Below, one piece after another: positions 53,066-64,000 of a stretch of DNA of 64,000 nt (positions are counted from its first letter, which is position 1; each line of letters opens with the position of its first letter). The notes below the pieces were generated by a model that did no database searches, had not been told where the DNA came from, and worked only from the letters and a program-made list of their open reading frames with translations. Location of the stretch: positions 170,190,001 to 170,254,000 of the forward strand of contig OX597815.1 in the NCBI GenBank assembly GCA_951406725.2, read 5' to 3'. This DNA comes from Octopus vulgaris (lineage: Eukaryota). A program made the position numbers and the translations under genes.

Positions 53066-55409
53066 ATATTAAGTAATATGTAATTCACGTACCATGTTGT
53101 TGTAAAAAACTGCTTTTCACTGAATTGTTATTACTGAAGGACGAGAACAATTTTAATACATTCATTGTTTTTTTGTTCAGTATTCTCATCTCGCCTAAAC
53201 TTAATGCGTCATGTCATATCGCTCTGCTACCTACTCATGCTTTTATTTCTTTTAATCTCACTTGATCAGAAATATATCACACCTCTGGACATCAATAGAA
53301 AAAAACATAAAGTACTTAATGGGGAAACCGCGTAAAGGGAGAACAAGATTTATGTAAACATATTTACATTAATCTAGAAAATGTACCTAAAATGCACCGG
53401 AAGTATGTTTTATATTATCAAAAGAATAGAATGTTTATCAAGATTCTTTCAATGTATCAAAATTCGATATATATATACTGTTCTTCTTTCTTTCTTTTTT
53501 TTCTTTCTTTCTTTCTTTGCTTATTTATCTTGCAAGCTTTTACAACTTATAGTAAAAGAGATTTAAACTCGATTACGACATCAGTGTTTGTGAGTCTAAG
53601 ACACTTCTACCTTGTTTCCTTTTGTCTAGGAGTTCTAGCTTTTGTAAAGCCCACGATCAATTTACTATTGTTATTATAATATGAAAGAATAACCTCATAC
53701 TGATATGTCGAATTCCTCACACATCTACTATAGAAGACTGAGTATTTTCTATTTTCTTTGCTAGATTTGTTCATAGATTTTAATTCATCATTTTCACAGG
53801 CGAAAAGACTTTCGAATTTTCACATCTAACAAGATAAAAGATGATACATTTCTATCGTCTTCAAAGGTCAGGTTAACAACTTTTAAAATTAATCATGTTA
53901 ATCAAAATTCAGTATAGCGGTGAATAGACGACTTCACTTTCATTAGTGCAACTTTCTTTTATATACATTTTTGATAACCTATATAAGTGCCGGCATAGCC
54001 GTACAGTTAAAAAGCTAAATTCACGATTACGTAGTTTCGGGTTTAGTACCAACATATATACATGCACCCACGATAGGTTACCTCAAATGACTGAAACAAG
54101 GGAAAAGAATGGCTTTAATATTCTTTCCAGATAAAAAAAATTCAAAATTCAAATACGTTTCCATCCCTTGTAACATTTTTTAATGGATTAGAATACTTGT
54201 ATCATAGGTAGTATTGTTTAGATATATGACATCTAAAGTCTCTTTAGTTTCAGGTGTACAATGGTTCTTCTAAAGAGCTATTTTTGCTAACATATATCGT
54301 TGTTACATGGCAAAATGCGAGCATGAAAAGTCATATTCTTGAGATTATAAACCTGGAAAAGTACAGGACAAGTTATTACACCTGTAAAAGTATAGGACAA
54401 GCTATTACTTTTAATAAAGTAAAGAATAAGAAACTTTTTACTTAAAATATTGCAGCAAAGAATGTCAGTTCTTCTAATTTATCACTCTTTACATATATTT
54501 TGATGTAACTCTTTTCTATTTTGATGTAACTTTTTTCTACTGAACTCTTTATGCCAATGTGTAGCTGAGGAGGTGTCCTCTTTAAAACTATTTCCAGTTT
54601 GCAATTTAGTTGAGAACTGAATTTGTGGGGAAGATTGGAAGCTTCTGCGATTGACGAAATGGTGGACTTAAGAATACATTCAGCCACTACCGTGGTTGAA
54701 TGATACATTTTCTTAAGGTGGTTTTCATCATACAAGGAATTCCTCCTCAAATAAGATAGCCGTTATGTAGTCGCTCGGTCTGCTAGAATTAGTAACCAAA
54801 TCTCTCTCAGGTGACAACATTTGATCTTAAGAAGAGAAAAAAAAATTTATTAATGTAGTCTGAGGTAAGCTATAGCTCAGAACACGGGTTGGATATGGTT
54901 TGTATACTTTTGATGAAAGAATCCTAAGTGAGTATTTAAATGACGTTGAACGACATAAATAAATTAATTATAAATTCTTGTTAGTACATAATATTAACTT
55001 TAGATTTTGACTTACACTACTATATATCGCACACATTGTAAATTTTCCGCAGATATTCATCTTACAATATTAACAATTTGGATATTTTGTTTGAATAATA
55101 CCCAATAGATTATTATGTTGGTTCTTGGATTTCATTTAATATAGATGATGTGTGACCCTATAATTATTCTATAATTATTGAATATCATAAGATAACGGAT
55201 TAATTGCTCTGATTAAATTATTCCTGCAAGGGAATGCCTATTTAAAATTTGTCATACTTTAAAACTCGTATATCTGCCGGCAATATTTCAAAATCAAATA
55301 ATTTAATCGCAATCTAAGATACATTTCTCTTTAAATTCCAGTTGCGCTAAGTCAATAATGATATCGATTTTAATCATCTCTCATATGTAATGATAAAAGA
55401 CACAGACAA

Positions 55410-55411
55410 TG

Positions 55412-55458
<47 letters not shown>

Positions 55459-55484
55459 CACAACCACCACTACCAGTACTACTG

Positions 55485-55556
<72 letters not shown>

Positions 55557-55565
55557 TTGATGCTG

Positions 55566-55596
<31 letters not shown>

Positions 55597-55597
55597 A
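55410..55597. repeat. (ACT)n microsatellite
   Basis: Seen directly; source of the poly-Thr ORF. Confidence 0.95.
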
Positions 55598-55641
55598 ATT
55601 ATAATAGTGATGATGAAGGGAGTATGAAGGGTAGGAGGGGG

Positions 55642-55782
55642 ATTATTGATTTGGGGGTTGTGACAGAAACCTTAACACAATGAATTAAATTATTTCGTTG
55701 TCTCTACGACTGAATGTATTCTTCCCTTACAAATTTGTGATATTTCCCCAAAGGAAAAACTCAATATATAATGTACTGGTGT
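55642..55782 (+). repeat. 141-bp unique segment, probable donor of the copy at 56714-56854
   Basis: The two copies differ by only a few substitutions. Confidence 0.9.
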
Positions 55783-56689
55783 CCTTTAGGGAAAGTATGT
55801 GTTCGTGAGAAAAGCATGCACCTCACTACAAACCCATTTCCTCTCCTGTCAGCACATATATGCTAAATCTGTCTTGAAAAGCTTTAATGCTTTAGATACT
55901 GCATATAATTTCTAGTGCATTAGTCCTTTTAGACTGATCATATAGAAACCTGAGCAAAATGCATTAAAGAAGTGAATAATAACGTTATCCTCAAGTCTTA
56001 CAATGAGAGCAGAAAATATATAAATAGGTAAAAAAAAGAAGAAATTTGTATTGTACATTCGTATTTTAATTCGTAGCTCTAACATTCTACGAGAAACGAA
56101 ATAGTGACTATATTTTTGCATCAAATTTTTGTAGAAAGATAAATAGCAATCTAAAAATTATATTCTATTCCAATTGATTAGTTAACTTAAGATACGTTCT
56201 GAAGTCGTAGGACTCCTTCTCCATACTCGTATCTTGGTTAGTAATAACCTCTAATCAGCATTTTAAACAAAACAAGACAGGGGTACAAATGCTATAAAAG
56301 GGCAATCATCCATATTTTGTGTGTGGATGATGTCACGTTGAACGCTGCAGATGAGAAATAGCTCGAAACACTGCATACATTTACTAGAATACTTGGTATG
56401 AGTTTAGAATTGGAAAAAATGCGCCGTTCTATGTTGAAGAAAGCAAAATTAAGAATACTAATATCATAATAAATCAAGAAAAATGTAATGTAGAAAAATT
56501 AGGTGACACATATATTTGAAAATAGTTAGAAAATTATAAAATAGGCAGGGTACATTAATAGGATAAATGCAATGAACACTAGGAGTTAGGACTTAATATC
56601 TAAAGCAAAACTAAGTGTAAATCAGTATACTAATCAACTATATTCTAAAAATCTCAGTAGTTTTAACATTTTTAATTGGATAAAGTGGA

Positions 56690-56990
56690 AAGTTTTCGTC
56701 CGTTCTGAGTTCAATTATTGATTTGGGGGTTGTGACAGAAGCCTTAACACAATGACTTAAATTATTTCGTTGTCTCTACGACTGAATGTATTCTTCCCTT
56801 ACAAATTTGTGATATTTCCCCAAAGGAAAAATTCAATATATAATGTACTGGTGTACTGCCGCCGAGATTGACTTTGCCTTTCATCATTTCGTGGGGATGA
56901 AATAAGTGCTTATTCAGAAATGGGGCCAATGTAATCGACTTAACTCTTCTTCGAAATTACTGGCCTTGTGCCAAAATTTGAAACCAATAT
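56690..56990 (+). mobile_element. SINE family A interrupted at its B-box by a 141-bp local duplication
   Basis: CGTTCTGAGTTCAATT-[insert]-ACTGCCGCCGAGATTGACTTTGCCTTTCATC. Confidence 0.8.
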
Positions 56991-57214
56991 TTTTAATCGG
57001 ACACAAATCAAGCTAGAGTAGATTCTAAATATTAACAATAAGGACACCCCTAAAAATATGAAACAGAATTAATGATTTTACTAAGAATCCATAGAATTGG
57101 GGTCATGCTCTTATGCAAAAGGAAAATTGTTACAAAATATACACATAAGTGAATATACATATATATATAAATTCTACGCGGCTATTACCACGAAAATTGG
57201 GGAGGATAGAAATC

Positions 57215-57800
57215 GGCAATGAAAAGATGTAGCACTCAATGAGAACAGTAGGACTGGAAGTGAAGGGTTCTTGGTTGCAGCGCAAAATCAAAGCATTACT
57301 AACAGAAACACCAAAGCACGTAATGAAACAATATATTATGTTATATGAGAGATTTAGAAAGAAAATGTTAACGGCTTTTTCTGTCGTTGTCAAGTCTTAT
57401 CCCTGAAAAATATATAAGGGCATGGAAGAGTCGGGGTTTTCATAACAGCATTTCGGAATATCAGCTGAAAGGAAACGATAACAAACATCCACCCAAGTAA
57501 ATAGAAAATGAGAAAGTGACTATACTATGGGATATACCTTTTCAGACTGACAAGGAGATCAAGGTTTAAATAACCGGATATTTTTGACAAGAACCACTAA
57601 AGAAAGTAGCAACATCTATTTACGTATCAGTACCAACGGAAGCTAATAAAGCTCAGACAGAAATCGAGTAAATATAGAAATATAACGATTTAGATATAGA
57701 AATAATCAGAATGAGCAGATGGAAAACAGAAATTATCTCTATTATCTCAAGACTATTGAAAATGTTGCAAGACGCAACGAAAATTTTAGGAAAATAAAAA
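57215..57800 (+). pseudogene. Old degenerate R4/Dong-like C-terminal region
   Basis: EGFLVAAQNQS, IENEKVTILWDIPFQTDKEIK, PDI, KYNDLDIEIIR in order. Confidence 0.75.
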
Positions 57801-59331
57801 TAAGAAATAAGTGGAAATTTAACCTGTGAGTGTGTTACATTATAAGGCACAAAAAGAAAATGACTCTCCCCAGACACAGCAGAATATGCTTCAACACACG
57901 AACACATATAAAGAATCTTGCAAACCAAATCCAAAAACGATCTATATTAATAGGTACATTAGAAATGATAAAGAACGATGGTAAGAAACATAAGTAAAAT
58001 CTCATGATTTTCAAACATGCACTATATATAGGAAACAGCACTGCGAAACTCTGCACATGTTGCATTCAATACAATAAGCAGTGGATTACATAGGCAACTA
58101 CGTACTTTGGAGTATAGAAGAAATAAGCAATAAAAGTAAAAACACCTACAAAAAATGATAAATTATAGCATCTGAAGGGAAGTTAGCTACTCTAGAAATG
58201 CATAAGAATGAATAACACTGGGAGAAAGGAGAAATCGCTTTTTATTCGTATAAATTACACGTTAGAGAAGGCTAACAGATACGAAAAAGAAACGATAAAT
58301 GGATTGTAAATAAGGTAGATATCTTGCAAAATATTACCAAGATTATCGTGAATCGAGGAGCATCCTTGGAAGCAAGAAAAGTTAATGATGTATTCTTAAA
58401 GCTACAAGAACAACATATAATTATATAATTGATAGCGATGTTACACCGTCACAGAGTAGTCAACGGTTGAGCCCATATACTAGGCAGGGAAAAACGTTGT
58501 TTGGATGTAACTAGACTGCCTTTGATTATTGGTCAGCTTAATCGGAGCTTGACCAGGGATTAGAGAATAACCACCACAACAATAACAGCTCACAGAAATA
58601 TTAATTTTTGAAAATAAAACCAATATCAAAAGAGCAGAGACATTAGAAATAATGAAAATGGAATAACATACACAGAGGTTAGTTTTCCTCAAATTTAATC
58701 AAAACTTCTAAATCAAGGTGAATACGATATTATAAAGGTAATATAAATTAAGACAAAAGGTAAATACACTGAACTGAAAGAAACAAAAAGATCTGAGGTG
58801 AAGGCGGGAGACTAAAATATAGCTACAGTCGATCAAACAATATAGACAAAATTAAATGTTTAGCAATAATGACAAACATTCTATCAGAAACTAAAAATTG
58901 TTAAAGAACTACAAGAATGCCGAGTGCCAAAAATGTGTGTGTGTGTGGGGGGAACGCTCATTAAAATGTTATTGAACTTAATCTGATAGTTAAGTGAATT
59001 CGAATGTTCCTGTACCAAGTGTACATAGCGGGCGAATGGTCAATACTAGGTACGCTTGAATTGAATTCATCAAAATTTTGCTTATGGCTAAACAATAATA
59101 GACAGTAGAGATAATAAATCAAAATACACATGCAGTCAAACACCTGCAAGCTTGGGTACAAAAATTTAAATGCGGGTGGTGTTACAGGCTTGTTTTAAAC
59201 GTGCTTTGGGACAGTTCGTTTTCCTTGAACGTGTTCTCAATGTTCCTGCATACATATATATGTATGTGTGTATGTATGTGTGGATGTGTATGTGTGTGTG
59301 TTTGTGTGCGGTGTGTATTTATGTATAAGGT

Positions 59332-59490
59332 AAGGCATGATTGTGTGGTAAATAAACTCGCTTTACAGCTACAGGGCCACATAGATTCCGGTTTGCTTCT
59401 GATGCACTGCTCATCGGGAAATAGTCTACTGTTGCCCTGTGGCCACCCAGTGCCTTGTGAGTGAATTTGTAGGCAGAAACTGCGATAGCT
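59332..59490 (+). mobile_element. SINE family B, 5' half, diverged
   Basis: GGCATGATTGTGTGGTAA...GCCTTGTGAGTGAATTTGTAGGCAGAAACTG. Confidence 0.55.
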
Positions 59491-59506
59491 CTCCCCATCT
59501 CTCTCA

Positions 59507-59551
<45 letters not shown>

Positions 59552-60526
59552 GACACACATACATACATACATACATATATATAGATAGATAGATACATAT
59601 ATATACATACACCCCCACATATGTATATATATACAGACATACATACATAGTTCTATGTATGTATGTGTGTATGAGTGAACGTATATAAATATGGATATAT
59701 CACTACGTCTCTGAATCGACCATACTATCAGATGTTTTTCTTTTGCCTTGATGGTGACAATATGATTCCTCAAATTCTTATAGGTACCCAAGAGAGCAGG
59801 CCAACATTGCTCCCGAATGATTACCCACTCACAGTTGAGGGGAGTGTTGCAACGGGAGAGGAAATATGTGTTTATATATATATATATGTTAATTCCATAT
59901 ATATGTATATATATATATATATTAATTCCAGCAGTATATGAAATAGCAACTCAGACGCCAACTATATTCATTTGTTGAAAATGAGAGAAAATGAGACTGA
60001 AGGTCTGGAATCGTCGAATGTGAATCTAGGAATGTTATTGTCCCAATCCAATTATGGAAACATAAACTAATGAACAAATGCTAAAATTCTAAACTAAAAA
60101 TAGAGAAGTTCAACACCGTCATGTGTTCTATTGGAAAAAAAACTGCGCAAGGCAGTCATTTCATTATTGAATCTTATTTCTTTGTTTCTCATAATTTTAT
60201 TAACGGCAAAGCATTGTTGTCGTACAAAATACCTTGCTGCATTTGTTTCAACCTTTTACGTTCTGAGTTCAAATACAGCTGGAATTGAGGTGGATTTTTA
60301 TCCCAAAAGCCGTCCCCTCAAAAGTAATGGAGTTTTGCATAAATTAGACATCATTATTCTATGGCCAAGGCAGATTTACTTTTGTTTGGCATATATTTGT
60401 GTGCGTAGGGGGTGTATGTGGGTACTAATAGAGTATGTGAATACTAGTAGAGTATTCGATTAGTGAAGTGAGTAAAGATATTAATAAAAGACATCACAAA
60501 AACCTGTCTGTGTATCTCTGTGCATA

Positions 60527-60578
<52 letters not shown>

Positions 60579-62619
60579 ATTACAGCTTGGAAGGTGTTTA
60601 TAAGTTAGTTGCTTTGCCTAAAAAAAACCATGTGTTCCGCATTCTATTGCCTACATTGTATTGATCTATGTTGTTCTCTTCTTCCTTTCACAATATATAC
60701 ACACCTATATATACTATTGATTGCATAAGCAAGCGATGCCTAGAGTATGTCTCCAAGCTTTAATTTCCCAAGTAATATTTCACAAATCCTCGCAGGTCCC
60801 ACATCAAAAATATTTTCCATCCTGCTCTTCCCTCTGACCTCCGCTGTATGTTCAGAGCAGGTCCATTCAACCAGGCATTACTCTCCTGTGTTAGCCATCT
60901 TTCAAAGATTTTACTGGAGGTTGGCCCTTATTCTGTGACCTTGCTTTCCTATTTAATTTGTAGTTGAGAAATTCAATGCTCGTAGAAAAACCCTGTCCTT
61001 ATTTCCGTTAGCCTTTTTCACCACGTGTTTCATTATAACCACCAGAAAGAAAGGAAACTACCTGTCAATTCCTGTCAAAACAATGTGATGAGAATCACAG
61101 CTGGGTCTCTGTGTATCATAGAATATTGCTTTGACACAAATGCCAAATGTTTACTTCAGAAAAGCCATTGGACATAGCCATCTTGATTAGATCCAAACCA
61201 AATCTAAATATCGCTGAGAGTAGTACAGAAACAACCAAAGCAAAATTATACTTTTGGTGTTACACAAGAGCAACAAACATTATTGCACACATCACATCAG
61301 ATCAAAAACACAAAATAGCTGAATACACAAATTAAAAAATAAAAAAAAATGGGCAGAATAATGTTAATCATCACCTTGCGATAAAATCTCTTTTCGGACA
61401 TACGTATAGCTTAATAGGGAAAGTAACATTGCATATTAAAATACAATTGGAAAGTGCCTCTGCATATTAACTAAACATTGTGAGCTTACATATGTATGGT
61501 ATTGAATTGAAAATGTTTGATTAATGACGGTTACTCAAGTGGTTAGTAGACAAAAGAAAAGTTGTCTATTGTACGATAAAGTAACATCCACGGAAGATAA
61601 CTTCAATAAAATCAACTATTGTTTAGAATATGAAGGCTATTCAGAATGCAGTGATGTTTGTCTTTAAATTTTGCTGTTGAATATAATGGGCACATTTCTG
61701 TCTTATGTGATCTTCCTAACGAAGCAATAGCTACTAAGTTGGCAAGAAATAACCAGTATATATAGGAAGCATGGTAATGTTTGTGACCCCGGTTGTGAAT
61801 ATCAACAAACTGGCTGAGATAAAATGCTTCAAGGAGCGTTCTGCTTACGAAAAGTAATAGGGTCTTACAGATGTAATATAGTAATTCAGTTGAAAAGTTT
61901 CGATTAAATAAAGATTATTCATGCAATCAAAAGGCAAAAACTCCCTATAGTTCTGTTGAAAAATTCCAATGCTAGCTGGCACTCCAAGATATTAATACAA
62001 TCGATAACCAAATTTATTCAATAACTAGCTGTATCATAAAACTGTGCTCGACCCTTACTGAGCAATCTCTATACGTTTATCTCAAACTTAACAAAAAACT
62101 GCTGAAGGAAATTATAAAAGACAGGAGGATCAACGTAAAATAAAAAGTGTTTACTTTACTTGGCAAGATGCAAAGGAATGAGTATGATATGATAAAGAAA
62201 AGGAAGCGAAAAGTTATGGAAACATAATATTGGGAAAAATTGAAGTGATCCTGGAAACGATAGAATACTGACGAAAAGAAAAAACTGATACAGGCTTGAA
62301 CATATCGGATATGATGCTGATAAAAAAAAAGAAGAAAAATGCAAAGCGTTTTCCATTAACAGAATAGAAACCCATTATAAAGGTGAAAGGTACAAACAAC
62401 AAAAGCTCCCAAGTTGTATTGGGGATTTATTTACAGGGAACATATAGAACACAATAAAAACGAAGGATTAAGAAAGAGCGGGGATATTACAATGTAGCAC
62501 CACAGGCATGGTCAAATGCAGCAACAGAGGAATTTCATAATACATTTATGTCCACTTGTATGTGTAAGGCTTGAAGTTGTGATGAAATCAAAGTTATCTC
62601 TTTAAGCTTGTAAATTAAT

Positions 62620-62820
62620 ATTGATTTCAAATTTTGGCACAAAGCCAGCAATTTCGGGAGTGGGGAGGCGTTGCTTTCAAGTGATAATTATATTATCGAT
62701 CCTAAAAGACTAAAAGGCAAAATCAACCTGAGCAGAATTTGAACTCCAAGCGTAAAGACGGACGAAATTCCGCTAAGGATTTTGCCCGGCGTACTATCGA
62801 TTCTGCCAGCTCGCCGCCTA
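62620..62820 (-). mobile_element. SINE family A monomer
   Basis: Minus strand begins GGCGGCGAGCTGGCAGAATCG. Confidence 0.75.
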
Positions 62821-63289
62821 AATGATAATCGTAATGTACTAAGATGAAATAAATATAGGAGATGCTTTACCCACGCAGAAATTGTGGGAGATACTCAGAA
62901 GTACTGTAAGACCCTCATCTGAATCCATTACCATGCCACAAACCCTTTCCAATCATCAGCAGATATATTAGAGTCACAAATTTTTCGTCCTTTTGCCTGT
63001 ATGCTTCGACTGCGTGGGGCAGCGAGAACCGAATAAGTCTTCACCTATGGAAGACTTTTCATTTGCGATTTATTTTCGCCACCACTACCTTGGGCTACTT
63101 TTAGCTGACATACCTATTTTCTGGTGGTTTTCCTCAGTTGTCTGGGTTCTAGACCAATCTTAACGAACCGATCTAATTGGCAAGCCGCTTCAGCCAAATT
63201 GGATAGGAGATGAGTATGAGTGCCATTCCTTGACAAGTGATTTGTCAACCAATAAATTAAGGGACAGACCTGGCTGGGGGCGAGGGAAT

Positions 63290-63519
63290 ACTCTTTTACT
63301 CTTTACTCTTTTACTTGTTTCAGTCATTTGATTGCGGCCATGCTGGAGCACTGCCTTTAATCGAGCAACTCGACCCCGGGACTTATTATTTTGTAAGCCC
63401 AGTACTTATTCTATCGGTCCCTTTTGCCGAACCGCTAAGTAATGGGGACATAAACACACCAGCATCGGTTGTCAAGCAATGCTAGGGGGACAAACACAGA
63501 CACACAAACACACACACAC

Positions 63520-63569
<50 letters not shown>

Positions 63570-63741
63570 ACATATATACGACGGGCTTCTTTCAGTTTTC
63601 CGTCTACCATATCCACTCACAAGGCTTTGGTCGGCCCGAGGCTGTAGCAGAAGATACTTGCCCAAGGTGCCACGCAGTGGGACTGAACCCAGAACCATGT
63701 GGCTGGTAAACAAGCTACTTACCACACAGCCACTCCTGCGC
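63290..63741 (-). mobile_element. Full-length SINE family B
   Basis: Reverse complement of 52435-52840, with an expanded internal TA/TG tract and (GTAAAAGA)n tail. Confidence 0.88.
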
Positions 63742-64000
63742 CTAATATTAATATAAAGGGGGTATTAATTCCCTTTAACAAAAACTCCAGGTATCTCAAC
63801 ATTTTCCAAACCGATAAATACCTTAGTAACAATATGCAAATATCTGACATACAAACTCTCCACAAGGTTAGTATAAATATCAGGAATACAGGACCTTACA
63901 AAATCAGAGAGAGTATCGGGCTTGTGATATGATGAAGAACAGTTTCAGTAAACTCAACATTTTTTATTTAAATAAACAAACACACACACTCACGCGCGCG

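Noticed and set aside
54442-54750. 102-aa ORF faintly like a Tc1 transposase N-terminus
   Set aside because: No TIRs or catalytic motifs found; too weak to call.

Overview
AT-rich, microsatellite-dense eukaryotic DNA with no recognisable host gene. The repeat families resemble those of octopus/coleoid cephalopods (inference from recalled SINE families, not a database match). The window is mostly transposable elements and simple repeats. (1) A young CR1-group LINE (APE endonuclease + RT, minus strand, 31173-34443) lies between two ~750-775 bp nearly pure (TA)n arrays, with a 17-bp target-site duplication marked by a TTT interruption; its only visible ORF lesion is one missing base in a homopolymer. 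(2) A young 5'-truncated R4/Dong-like element (RT + CCHC + restriction-like endonuclease, 47776-50665) sits in (TAA)n, with five further copies or fragments of different ages. (3) At least five tRNA-derived SINE families. (4) Penelope-like remnants carrying hammerhead-ribozyme-like motifs. (5) Remnants of mariner, hAT and Helitron elements and a MITE. (6) Several local duplications or templated insertions. Most ORFs in the supplied track are microsatellite translations. The most interesting theme is a set of retroelements that each appear tied to a particular microsatellite, including a possible (TA)n-targeting CR1-group LINE.
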